A stretch of 64,000 bases of DNA from positions 1 to 64,000 of the forward strand of contig JBFWOZ010000014.1 in assembly GCA_050250255.1 (NCBI GenBank). Direction: 5' to 3'. Source of the DNA: Bdellovibrionales bacterium. Lineage in GTDB: Bacteria > Bdellovibrionota > Bdellovibrionia > Bdellovibrionales > DASUEL01. The position numbers and the translations under genes are program-made. Position 1 is the first letter of the stretch, and every line of letters starts with the position of its first letter. The notes under the pieces are model-generated. The model saw nothing but the letters and a program-made list of their open reading frames with translations. It did not search any database and was not told the origin of the DNA. Shown in pieces: positions 1 to 8,809 of this stretch.

Positions 1-1259
1 TGAAGTGCTGTAACATCTGCAGAGTAAGAACCTTGCCGTACAAGATCTACTCCTAATGTACCTGAACCAGTTAAATCCGCTTTAATAAGCGTCTTTTCAA
101 TGGTTCCATCAATGGAAAGAGCATCATCCATACACTTTATTCCTGTGCCTACAGCCAGAGTATGAGCAGGAGCTGGAGGAGCAAGAGTGGTTGTTGCACG
201 ATGCTCAGGTGTGACCTGGGATGTGTATACATATGCTGTACGCAGAGGCATTTTCCAGCCCGTGTATTCGCCAGCAAGTCTCAAGTTATATTGATCTTTC
301 CAGTTAAGGGGCTGATCAGACAAACTCGTAACAGCTCCACCGTTATTATAGCTGCCTTCAAAATCGAGTTTTTCGTTTTGACCATAGTTAGTCCAAGTGC
401 CTTCAGCAAACAACATCCATGTATCAGAAGCCTTATAGTGTGTACCTAATGAAAGAGCTTGAGGTAAACCTGTTTTAACGCTCATGTCATCTTCAGGAAA
501 ATAAGTTGTGCCTAAAGCAGAATGAAAAAATCCTCCAGTTTTACCGTTAGCAACAACGCCTAAGTCACTACGATACATCATTCCAAGACCCCAAGTTTCA
601 CTTGGCGTGTACTGAACACCCAAACGGTATCCATACATGTTCGAACCTTTCATATTTCGGTATTCAAGATTCAAAACTTCATCGCCCGGGATAAGGTTAG
701 TTAAATTCCCCGCTGCTACACCGGCCATGTCTGCTTGTACGAAACCACCGCGCCAAGCAGCTCCTACTTTCCATTGGTCATTTACTTTATAAGCAAGCCC
801 GACAGAGACTTCCTGAATTGCTACGATTGTTTGAGATAACGCTTTAACTCCGCGTACACCTGTGTCGATGTTGCTATAAACGACATCGGTTCCACCAGCT
901 GTGTATGTTCCTGCACCTAATGCCCATTTTTCATTGAATCTTTGTGAATAAAGTAGCGTCACAGGTGTTGCAATACGATTAGAAGTTTCATTCGTATTAG
1001 CTGACACATTCGGTGCGCCGTAAGCAATATTTGTTGGAGATAAGTTCAGGCTTAAATCCTTGCTTGACGATCCATTTCCAAGACCAGCTGGATTAAAATA
1101 GAGAGCTTCAGAACCCGCAACACTGGACGCTGCTGCTCCGCCGATGCCCATATAGTGACCTGACCAAAGCGTACTCTTTTCGAGACCCGCTGCATTCGCT
1201 GTGAAATGGATGGCAAGACCCATTGCAATCGTGACTAAACATAAAAACATTTTAAACAT
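1..1259 (-). CDS. OmpP1/FadL-family outer-membrane transport protein (partial, runs off the window start)
   Basis: Not in the ORF track. ATG at 1259 follows AGGGGG. It translates as MFKMFLCLVTIAMGLAIHFTANA-AGLEKSTLWSGHYMGIGGAAASSVAGSEALYFNPAGL: a signal peptide plus the 'yfNPAGL' hatch motif of FadL/OmpP1, followed by beta-strand-like segments. Confidence 0.75.
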   Translation of the reverse strand, partial: MFKMFLCLVTIAMGLAIHFTANAAGLEKSTLWSGHYMGIGGAAASSVAGSEALYFNPAGLGNGSSSKDLSLNLSPTNIAYGAPNVSANTNETSNRIATPVTLLYSQRFNEKWALGAGTYTAGGTDVVYSNIDTGVRGVKALSQTIVAIQEVSVGLAYKVNDQWKVGAAWRGGFVQADMAGVAAGNLTNLIPGDEVLNLEYRNMKGSNMYGYRLGVQYTPSETWGLGMMYRSDLGVVANGKTGGFFHSALGTTYFPEDDMSVKTGLPQALSLGTHYKASDTWMLFAEGTWTNYGQNEKLDFEGSYNNGGAVTSLSDQPLNWKDQYNLRLAGEYTGWKMPLRTAYVYTSQVTPEHRATTTLAPPAPAHTLAVGTGIKCMDDALSIDGTIEKTLIKADLTGSGTLGVDLVRQGSYSADVTAL

Positions 1260-1396
1260 AGTTCCCCCTTTGGTTCTATTGCAACGCAAAGTCTTGCACG
1301 GCTCCTAAAGCATCTCAACAAGAAAAACGGCTTAACTCTCGAAAAAACTGGTTTTTTCCCAGTAGACCAATGAAATCTTATGTTGCATAGTTGCGC

Positions 1397-1870
1397 ATGG
1401 CTAAAAGCGATATTTACAAAATAATGGAGCAAGAACTTCACTCTCTTCTCACCGAAGAGTTACCCCTTTCTGCGAGACTTGCGACATTTGTAGCGACTAT
1501 TTATCAAAAACTACCGGGCGTTTCGTGGGTAGGATTTTATCTTTCTGAAGGAACATCGCGAGATCTTTGGGTGAGCCACTATCAAGGCCCTGTCGCCTGC
1601 CTTTATATTCCGAAAGGAAAAGGAGTTTGTGGAACTGCCTTTGAGCAAAAGCGCACACTTGTTGTTCCTGATGTACATCAATTCCCAGGTCACATCGCCT
1701 GCGATTCTAAATCCCAATCGGAAATTGTTTTGCCACTTCCCGCTTTCGCGCCCGTAAAAGGTGTGCTCGATCTCGATAGCCACTCATTATCAAATTTTGA
1801 TGATGAAGACGCCAAGAAACTCGAGTCTCTTTTAGAATTATTATTTAAAGTATCGCATCCAACATGCTGA
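1397..1870 (+). CDS. msrC: GAF-domain protein, free methionine-R-sulfoxide reductase (fRMsr/YebR family)
   Basis: Motifs WVGFY, QGPVAC, GKGVCG, VPDVHQFPGHIACD, SEIVLP and GVLDLDS. Confidence 0.85.
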   Translation: MAKSDIYKIMEQELHSLLTEELPLSARLATFVATIYQKLPGVSWVGFYLSEGTSRDLWVSHYQGPVACLYIPKGKGVCGTAFEQKRTLVVPDVHQFPGHIACDSKSQSEIVLPLPAFAPVKGVLDLDSHSLSNFDDEDAKKLESLLELLFKVSHPTC

Positions 1871-1914
1871 GCCCCGTTTCTTGACCCCTCCCCTATCTTA
1901 AGGTTCAATAGAGT

Positions 1915-3219
1915 ATGCAGGTTTACTTAAAGTTTCTCATTACTCTCTTTATTTTCCTATTTACTCAGCAGAGCATGGCCAACGTGGTAGGCTCCGACGT
2001 TCAAAACTTCAATCCCACTACCAACGGACTTGATTTCGTCACGGTTCAATCTTCTGAAACTTTAAAGCCTGGCGTTCTCAATCTCGGGATGTTTTTAAAT
2101 TACGCGGTGAACACTCTTCCCTATTACGATAACTCACCACAAGGCCGAACTCAGCTCAACGATTCGCTCCTCGGAGCCGATTTTAATTTAGGTTTAGGGC
2201 TCACGAACAACTGGGATATCGGCGTGAGCTTTCCTTTTGTTCTCAACCAAACCGTAAAAGATAACTCGGGTTATCATGGAGAATTCTCAAAAACGGGTAA
2301 CACGGAAATTCGTTTTAATACGAAGTATCGAGTGATGGGTGATGATGCCGGCGGCTTGGCCATTATCGGATCCACCAACATCAATCGTTTGATAGATAAC
2401 CCCTACTCAGGGACCGATGCTGGCCCTACTTACAATTTAGAACTCGCCGCGGACACGACTCTTCATCAGATCGCCCTTGGGGGAAACTTGGGTTATCGCT
2501 GGCGCTCCTCGGGGCGCAGGGTGCCTGGAACTTTTATTGAGCCTTTAAAAAATCAGTTCATCGCTTCAGCTGCGGGCAGCTATCTTCTTAATGGCATGGA
2601 TACAAAATTGATTGCCGAACTCTTTACGAGTTTTCCTGCAGAAAAAAGTAGTGGGGATCAAGAACGAAGTCTCTCTTCTGCAGAAATGCTTGTTGGGGCA
2701 AAACACGATCTCACTCATCAACTCGCACTTCACGGTGGACTCGGTACGGAACTTAATCACTCCACCTCTTCTCCCGATTGGCGTGTATATGTTGGTCTCA
2801 ACTACGCGGTGGGACCTCTTTTCCAAAAGTCTAACGAGCCTCATCTCGTACCCCTACCTACTGATAACGTGAAGGTAGAGCAATTTCTTTCAAGTAATAT
2901 TTATTTTGAATTCGATTCTGACCGCATGGTGGGAGATTACGCCTCGACTCTTGAAGAACTCGCTGATCATTTAAACAAATCTCCTTTTAAAGAACTGCAC
3001 ATCGATGGCCACACCGATTCTATCGGAAGCGAAGAATACAACCGATATCTTAGTCTTAAACGTGCTCAAGCTATTCGCAATTATATGATTGCAAAACACA
3101 AATTCACTGGAAAAAAAATCACTGCCCATGGCTTTGGGGAATCGCGACCCATTGCTAACAACGGAAACTTCCAGGGCCGACAACAAAACCGCCGTGTGGA
3201 GTTTAAAATTTTTCGATGA
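1915..3219 (+). CDS. Outer-membrane beta-barrel fused to a C-terminal OmpA-like peptidoglycan-binding domain
   Basis: Signal peptide; alternating beta-strand pattern ending WRVYVGLNY; C-terminal FEFDS...GHTDSIG..YN..LS..RA...GR..NRRVEF OmpA_C motifs. Confidence 0.85.
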   Translation: MQVYLKFLITLFIFLFTQQSMANVVGSDVQNFNPTTNGLDFVTVQSSETLKPGVLNLGMFLNYAVNTLPYYDNSPQGRTQLNDSLLGADFNLGLGLTNNWDIGVSFPFVLNQTVKDNSGYHGEFSKTGNTEIRFNTKYRVMGDDAGGLAIIGSTNINRLIDNPYSGTDAGPTYNLELAADTTLHQIALGGNLGYRWRSSGRRVPGTFIEPLKNQFIASAAGSYLLNGMDTKLIAELFTSFPAEKSSGDQERSLSSAEMLVGAKHDLTHQLALHGGLGTELNHSTSSPDWRVYVGLNYAVGPLFQKSNEPHLVPLPTDNVKVEQFLSSNIYFEFDSDRMVGDYASTLEELADHLNKSPFKELHIDGHTDSIGSEEYNRYLSLKRAQAIRNYMIAKHKFTGKKITAHGFGESRPIANNGNFQGRQQNRRVEFKIFR

Positions 3220-4565
3220 GCCAATTTGATCTTCTTATTGAATGTGGATACTTACTTGATGTCCGAGCTAATGACTGTAAAATATTGGAAAAACAGCTCA
3301 TCGGTGTTCAAAATGGTCAATTCGCACTGATTGAACCGACCACTGATAAAAACGTCAACCTCAAGCAAAATGCAAAAAAGTATATCGATGCCCGAGAACA
3401 ACTTCTCATCCCGGGGCTGATCAACGGACACACACATCTTCCAATGAGTTTGTTTCGTGGTTTGGCAGAGGACATGGAGTTTCAAGAATGGCTCCATCAG
3501 TATATTCTCCCCATCGAAAATAAAATTCTGGATGAAGACTTTGTACGTGTAGGTACCGAACTCTCGCTTTGGGAATCTGCCAGTTACGGTGTGACGACTT
3601 TTAATGACATGTATTACTACACTCCTATTGTTGCCGATGCGATTTTGCGCTCCGGTCTTCGCGGTATTGTCGCGCAAACTTTTATGGATTTTCCAACTCC
3701 CGATAACAAACAAGGTGGCGACAATTCGGAAAAGCTTCTTCTCCAATCCGTCGAGTTTTGTAAGAATGAATCACGTGTACGCGTAAGTCTCGCTCCCCAT
3801 GCTCCCTATACCTGTAATGATGAAACGATCAAAAAGACCATAAGACTTGCCGAGAAACATCAACTCTCTATCCACATTCACGTTTCCGAAACAAAATTTG
3901 AAGTGGATGAATCTCAAAAAATTTATAATAAAAGCCCCGTGCAAAGACTTTGGGATTTAGGCCTTATGAAAATCCCTAGCGTTTTTGCACACGGTGTGCA
4001 TCTTTCAAGCTCCGATTTAGATCTGCTTCAAAAATCAAACACAAGTGTCATTCATAATCCCGAGAGCAATATGAAGATTGCGGCCGGCATTGCTTCTATC
4101 CCTGAACTCTTAAATCGTAATATTCCTGTGGGCCTTGGAACTGACGGCTGCGCCAGCAATAACAACTTGAATCTCGTCTGCGAGATGGATGTGGCGGCTA
4201 AGCTTCAAAAGTTAAAACATCTTGGCAAAGGCCTTACCGCGAAACAAATCCTTCGCATGGCCACGATTGAAGGTGCGAGAGCACTTCATTGGGATGATAA
4301 AATTGGCTCCGTGGAAGTGGGTAAATTCGCGGATTTTGCACTTCTTAAGCTCGATGTTCCCCACATGCAGCCGACCCATGATCTCTTAAGCCACCTTGTC
4401 TATTCTGCAAATGGATCCGAAATCGAAGAGACGTACTGTGAAGGTCAAAAGGTGTATGATCGTTCTGGTCCAACACGGTTAGATCGTCTCAAAATTTTAA
4501 AAGAGACCGATTTTTTTAAGAATAAAATCGCTCAATTTTTGTCTCAAAACAAGACGCCCAACTAA
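3216..4565 (+). CDS. Amidohydrolase, MTA/SAH deaminase family (MtaD-like)
   Basis: PGLINGHTH, PHAPYT, HIHVSET, HNPESNMK, GLGTDG..SNN and GSVEVGKFAD motifs. ATGA overlap with the upstream gene. Confidence 0.8.
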   Translation: MSQFDLLIECGYLLDVRANDCKILEKQLIGVQNGQFALIEPTTDKNVNLKQNAKKYIDAREQLLIPGLINGHTHLPMSLFRGLAEDMEFQEWLHQYILPIENKILDEDFVRVGTELSLWESASYGVTTFNDMYYYTPIVADAILRSGLRGIVAQTFMDFPTPDNKQGGDNSEKLLLQSVEFCKNESRVRVSLAPHAPYTCNDETIKKTIRLAEKHQLSIHIHVSETKFEVDESQKIYNKSPVQRLWDLGLMKIPSVFAHGVHLSSSDLDLLQKSNTSVIHNPESNMKIAAGIASIPELLNRNIPVGLGTDGCASNNNLNLVCEMDVAAKLQKLKHLGKGLTAKQILRMATIEGARALHWDDKIGSVEVGKFADFALLKLDVPHMQPTHDLLSHLVYSANGSEIEETYCEGQKVYDRSGPTRLDRLKILKETDFFKNKIAQFLSQNKTPN

Positions 4566-4620
4566 AGTCTAGCTCGCAAGTCTCCGATCCATATCTATCG
4601 ATATTGAAAGGGGTTCCCGC

Positions 4621-4944
4621 ATGAGTTTTAATGACGACATTGCCAGTGTTTACGAATTCTTACTTCATACATCTGAAGGTAATCTTAAGAAGATGCTGGT
4701 AGATAACAAAATGACCGACACGCATCTGAGAATGCTTCTAAAGGTGGTAAAAACCTGCAACCTTGAGCAGTTCCGAATGTGCTATCAAAAGCAGGAATTT
4801 CCGAAGGTAAAGTTTAGTGCTTCCGAATCGAATCTTAAAGAAACTTTCTGGGATTGTTGCGCAAAAACGCTTCAATCAAGAGGCTTGATAGGTGCGACTC
4901 CGGCAATCATCGAAGAAGTCGTAACAATACCAAAAGCCGCTTAA
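4621..4944 (+). CDS. Hypothetical protein (107 aa)
   Basis: ORF with an AGGGG RBS, followed by a terminator hairpin. Confidence 0.7.
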   Translation: MSFNDDIASVYEFLLHTSEGNLKKMLVDNKMTDTHLRMLLKVVKTCNLEQFRMCYQKQEFPKVKFSASESNLKETFWDCCAKTLQSRGLIGATPAIIEEVVTIPKAA

Positions 4945-4967
4945 TTTTTTATTAATTTAAAAAAAAG

Positions 4968-5000
4968 AAAAGCTCGAATCGAAAGATTCGGGCTTTTTTT
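4968..5000. terminator. Bidirectional intrinsic terminator
   Basis: AAAAGCTCGAATC-GAAA-GATTCGGGCTTTTTTT hairpin flanked by A and T runs, between convergent genes. Confidence 0.8.
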
Positions 5001-6036
5001 ATTGAGTCTCGACGATCTCAGTTGCCGCTCGCTTTACGCGATCCCAAATGGCTTCCCATAGATCGCCCTTAAAATGATTTGGCCAAACAAGATAAAGATA
5101 GTCTGCTTCGCTTTGTGATTTTTCACGAAGCTGTGAGTAGAGGCCACGAGCGGCGATACGAGGATCTGGCGATAAGGAAATTTCCTCACCTTTTAAAGAA
5201 TGACTTACTATTTCTCCCACCACCTGACGAGGAAGACTTTTTGGGGTACGAATTATGAATAAAGGTTTTTCCGGTTGGTAGTGATGTTTCAAATGCCCCG
5301 GTGAATTTACCTTTTCTGAAACTATCACCGGCTCATAGCCTTCACGATTCAAAACACGATCGAGATCTTCTTGAGTGATCGCTCCTGGCCTTAGGAGAAA
5401 AACTTTTTCGCCTTCAATCTGAATCACTGTTGATTCCACTCCCCACTCAGAAGGACCGCTGGGTAATACATAGAGATTGGGAAAACTTTCTTCGACATGT
5501 TCCGCACGGGTGGGACTGGTTTTGCCAAATTTATTGGCACTTGGTGCTGCGACCGGATGCCCTAGTCGTTCGATCATCTCTTGAGCCATCGGGTGAGAAG
5601 GCATACGCACGGCAACGGTTTCAAGTCCTGAGGTGATAAGAGCATTGAGTTCTTTTTTCTTAGGAACCACAAGAGTCAGAGGACCTGGCCAAAACTCTTC
5701 AGAGAGCATTTGTGAAAGCGAACTCCACTCCCCTACAACTTCAGTGAGTTGAGAACGATTGGAAACGTGTACGATGAGAGGATCAAAAAAGGGACGTTCT
5801 TTTAAGGAAAAAATATTTTCTAAAGCTTTTTGTGAATGGATTGAAGCCGCAAGACCGTACACGGTTTCCGTTGGCATTCCGACATTGTGTTCGAGAGAAA
5901 GAAGAAGGGCCGCAAATTCTACGGCCGGAATTTCAGGCGAGCCACTCAGCTCGCCTGTGATAGGGCCGACATCCGACTTATTATAGTCCTTTGGCTTTTT
6001 TAACAGCTGCGAGGATGTTGATAACTCCATATCCAT
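4999..6036 (-). CDS. tsaC: Threonylcarbamoyl-AMP synthase (Sua5/YrdC with SUA5 C-terminal domain); start codon uncertain
   Basis: PTETVYGLAA, K.RP..DPLIVH, FWPGPLT, VAVRMP.HP, AAPSAN, G.ESTV, LRPG and SPG....HY motifs. Confidence 0.9.
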   Translation of the reverse strand: MDMELSTSSQLLKKPKDYNKSDVGPITGELSGSPEIPAVEFAALLLSLEHNVGMPTETVYGLAASIHSQKALENIFSLKERPFFDPLIVHVSNRSQLTEVVGEWSSLSQMLSEEFWPGPLTLVVPKKKELNALITSGLETVAVRMPSHPMAQEMIERLGHPVAAPSANKFGKTSPTRAEHVEESFPNLYVLPSGPSEWGVESTVIQIEGEKVFLLRPGAITQEDLDRVLNREGYEPVIVSEKVNSPGHLKHHYQPEKPLFIIRTPKSLPRQVVGEIVSHSLKGEEISLSPDPRIAARGLYSQLREKSQSEADYLYLVWPNHFKGDLWEAIWDRVKRAATEIVETQ

Positions 6037-7507
6037 ATGTGTTGTTGGGTATCATGGTTCCCGGAACGCCGCCACAGGTTTGTGTGCTCTTTAAAGGCGT
6101 AGCGGTTTTTTCAATCATATCAATGGTCATATCGATTTTCCCAATAAATTCAGGAACCGCAGACCATAAAAGTGCAACAACTCCTACAACGTGAGGACCC
6201 GCCATCGATGTTCCACTCCACCCAGCCTTTTGGTAAATTTTTCCAGGCACGGCAGACATGATGTTCACACCAGGCGCCACAACATCAGGGCCTAACATTC
6301 CATCAAACATAGAAGGACCACGACTTGAAAAAGAAGCTATCGTTCCCATACGATGATCGTGGGCGCCGACCGAAAACGTAAGGGCCGAATGTGTTGCGGG
6401 CTGATCTTTGACCGTGCTGCAGTTAGGACCTTCATTCCCTGCCGACACAACAACCATAATTCCTGCCATTTTCATTGCCCTTAAAACAGGAAGCATTTCT
6501 GAACCCATACAACCTTCCGTTATAGGGCAGCCCCACGAATTGTTAATCACGTGCGGCGCTTTTGTAGGATCACCTTCTGTTTTAGGATTTTTTCCGAAAG
6601 CGTAAGGAGCCAAAAACCACTCGAAACATTCGATATAAGTTGTAGGCTTTCCGTTACCGGCGTCCATATTGCGACAGCCGATCCACTTACTCCCGGGAGC
6701 GACACCGATTTGTTTTCCCATGCCGTCATCACCAACGACGGTACCAATTGTGTGTGTTCCGTGCGCGTGGTCGTCACAAGGGACTTTTGAATCGTAACCA
6801 CAACGATTCCCTGTGCTTGAACCTTGGTGAATGGCATCGTGCCAGTTGTAGTTATGATCCGTTACGTTTGCAGAATACCCACGATAGTGATTCATGAGAG
6901 CGGGATGTTGCCACTCAATGCCCGTATCCTGACCAGCAACAATAATTCCTTGGCCGTTTGTCTGAAACTCATTCCAAACTTTATCGGCGTTGATAAAAAC
7001 AATGTTGTCTTCCACGAGATTCGGCATCTCAGGCGCGATTGCGGCGGGCGGGCCCAAAACCGGAATCGTCGGATTGCCGATGATTTGTCCAACATCGGAT
7101 CGTTCACTCAACTCGCGAATGAGTTCGGGAGTTGCGGCCGGTATGGAAATCATGTTTGCGATATGAAAAGAGCGGTACTCAAATTTTCCCTTAAGAGTTT
7201 TCAAAAGATCTTTTTGAGTTTTCAGAGCAATTTTTGAGAGCTTTTTGTAAACATAAACTCCCTTTTCTTCTTTAGTTTCAAGATCTGAAGCATTTGAAAG
7301 ATCGGCTTGCTCTTTCATCACCACAATGATGTCCGTCGTGGATCGTTTTTCAAAACCTTGAAGCTGAGGAGAAATTTTTGCGGAAGAGGTCTGTGCCGTA
7401 TTTCCTGACATCAAGATCCATGCAAGTAACAGGGTCATGAGTACGGTCAAAATAATCCAAGCACGTTGAGTCGAAGACCTGCTCCCGTGCGACGTTTTTT
7501 GTACCAT
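5981..7507 (-). CDS. Secreted S8 subtilisin-like serine protease (bacillopeptidase F-like)
   Basis: Catalytic triad motifs DTG, HGTHTIG and GTSMAGPH, plus SAGNEG. N-terminal hydrophobic segment and propeptide. AGGAGG RBS before ATG 7507. Confidence 0.9.
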   Translation of the reverse strand: MVQKTSHGSRSSTQRAWIILTVLMTLLLAWILMSGNTAQTSSAKISPQLQGFEKRSTTDIIVVMKEQADLSNASDLETKEEKGVYVYKKLSKIALKTQKDLLKTLKGKFEYRSFHIANMISIPAATPELIRELSERSDVGQIIGNPTIPVLGPPAAIAPEMPNLVEDNIVFINADKVWNEFQTNGQGIIVAGQDTGIEWQHPALMNHYRGYSANVTDHNYNWHDAIHQGSSTGNRCGYDSKVPCDDHAHGTHTIGTVVGDDGMGKQIGVAPGSKWIGCRNMDAGNGKPTTYIECFEWFLAPYAFGKNPKTEGDPTKAPHVINNSWGCPITEGCMGSEMLPVLRAMKMAGIMVVVSAGNEGPNCSTVKDQPATHSALTFSVGAHDHRMGTIASFSSRGPSMFDGMLGPDVVAPGVNIMSAVPGKIYQKAGWSGTSMAGPHVVGVVALLWSAVPEFIGKIDMTIDMIEKTATPLKSTQTCGGVPGTMIPNNTYGYGVINILAAVKKAKGL

Positions 7508-7623
7508 TAAGTCCCTCCTTGAAACGAATGGCGTAACGAATCCCAACCATGGGATCATCCCTAAAATGCTAGTCCTGCTTTTTTAAATATGCACGTGGAA
7601 CTACAAGAGCTTGACGCACCCTT

Positions 7624-7651
7624 GCTACCAAAAGGAGCGGCGCACCTTTTA
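7624..7651. repeat. REP-like imperfect palindrome, copy 1 (GCTACCAAAAGGAGCGGCGCACCTTTTA)
   Basis: Exact 28-bp reverse complement of 56871..56898; AAAAGG/CCTTTT arms; intergenic if the downstream CDS starts at 7726. Confidence 0.8.
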
Positions 7652-7725
7652 TGGGAAGTGGTTACCTTTTGGGTGGCCTTCGAGATGGGGCTTGTGTAAG
7701 TTTATTTCTTTTGGAGGAAACACGA

Positions 7726-8427
7726 ATGGATTTTGCACTTTTCAACTTGGTAGGGCTTTTATTTGTTCTTCGCTGGCTTCACATCTTCTTCGGAGTGATT
7801 TGGATCGGGCTTCTTTATTACTTTAACTTTGTTCACGGTGCCTTTATGGCCGAAGCAGAGGCCTCAGCAAAACCTTCTGTGGTTCAAAAATTATTACCAC
7901 GAGCTCTTTGGTGGTTCCGTTGGGGAGCTATGTATACGATGATCACGGGTCTTACTTACCTGATGATTCGGGCACATCAAATGGGTGCTGACTTTTTCAA
8001 CAACCCTTACGGTGTATGTATCACTCTTGGAGCAGGCCTTGGACTCATCATGTGGGCCAACGTTTGGTTCGTGATTTGGCCAAATCAAAAAGTGGTCATT
8101 CAATCCGCAACTCAAGTAGCAACTGGTGGACAAGCTCTCCCAACCGCTGCAAATTCTGCAGCTCGTGCGCTTGTTGCTTCACGCACCAACGTACTTTTCT
8201 CAATCCCTATGCTTTTTTTCATGGCGGCTTCAAGCCACTTACCAATCATGATGGATGAAAATTCCAATCTGTCGGTCATGTGGATCATTCTTTTAGCTGT
8301 GATTGGCGCATTAGAGTTTAACGCTCTAAAAGGAAAAACCGGTCCAATGACGACAATAAAGGGCGTGGTTCATTGTGGATTTGCACTCACTGCGTTTTTC
8401 TACGTTGTGATTGAGATCATGCTCTAG
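7726..8427 (+). CDS. Urate hydroxylase PuuD-family membrane protein (membrane domain only)
   Basis: RWLHI..G..WIG..YYFN, ALWWFRWGA..T..TG, MWANVWFVIWPNQK and SRTN...SIPMLFFM..SH motifs. GGAGG RBS before ATG 7726. Confidence 0.8.
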   Translation: MDFALFNLVGLLFVLRWLHIFFGVIWIGLLYYFNFVHGAFMAEAEASAKPSVVQKLLPRALWWFRWGAMYTMITGLTYLMIRAHQMGADFFNNPYGVCITLGAGLGLIMWANVWFVIWPNQKVVIQSATQVATGGQALPTAANSAARALVASRTNVLFSIPMLFFMAASSHLPIMMDENSNLSVMWIILLAVIGALEFNALKGKTGPMTTIKGVVHCGFALTAFFYVVIEIML

Positions 8428-8436
8428 GAAGTTTTT

Positions 8437-8808
8437 GTGTCGCTGGCCACTGTGTTCAAAATTTTGATCGTTCACTTTGTTCTCGCTATAGCTTTTATCG
8501 GCTGTACCAAAAAACAAAGTGAACCTGTGACTAGCGATCCACAAACCATCACTGCCGAAGCCCTCATCACAAAAGGTCGCAATTCTTATCAAACGAACTG
8601 TTCTGCTTGTCACAATATGGATCCTAAAAAGCCTGGAAATCTTGGACCAGAGGTTTTTGGTGCATCACGCGAACTGATCGAACGACGCGTGATTCATGGA
8701 GATTACCCCGCAGGCTATACTCCTAAACGAGCGAGCAAAGCGATGGTCGCCCTTCCTCATATGAAGAACGACATTGAAGCCCTCACCGCTTATTTAAATT
8801 CACCTTAA
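8437..8808 (+). CDS. Mono-heme c-type cytochrome lipoprotein
   Basis: Lipobox-like FIGC, heme-binding CSACH, distal Met (KAMVAL) and a C-terminal 'DIEALTAYL' helix. Confidence 0.85.
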   Translation: MSLATVFKILIVHFVLAIAFIGCTKKQSEPVTSDPQTITAEALITKGRNSYQTNCSACHNMDPKKPGNLGPEVFGASRELIERRVIHGDYPAGYTPKRASKAMVALPHMKNDIEALTAYLNSP

Positions 8809-8809
8809 G

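Noticed and set aside
162..449. 95-aa plus-strand ORF, and the many other short ORFs antisense to or nested in long genes
   Set aside because: They are shadows of well-supported genes on the opposite strand or frame (here the FadL-like gene), with no motifs or RBS.
7611..7720. Purine riboswitch upstream of the puuD-like gene
   Set aside because: Lacks the purine-aptamer consensus. The hairpin is better explained as the dispersed repeat also found at 56871.
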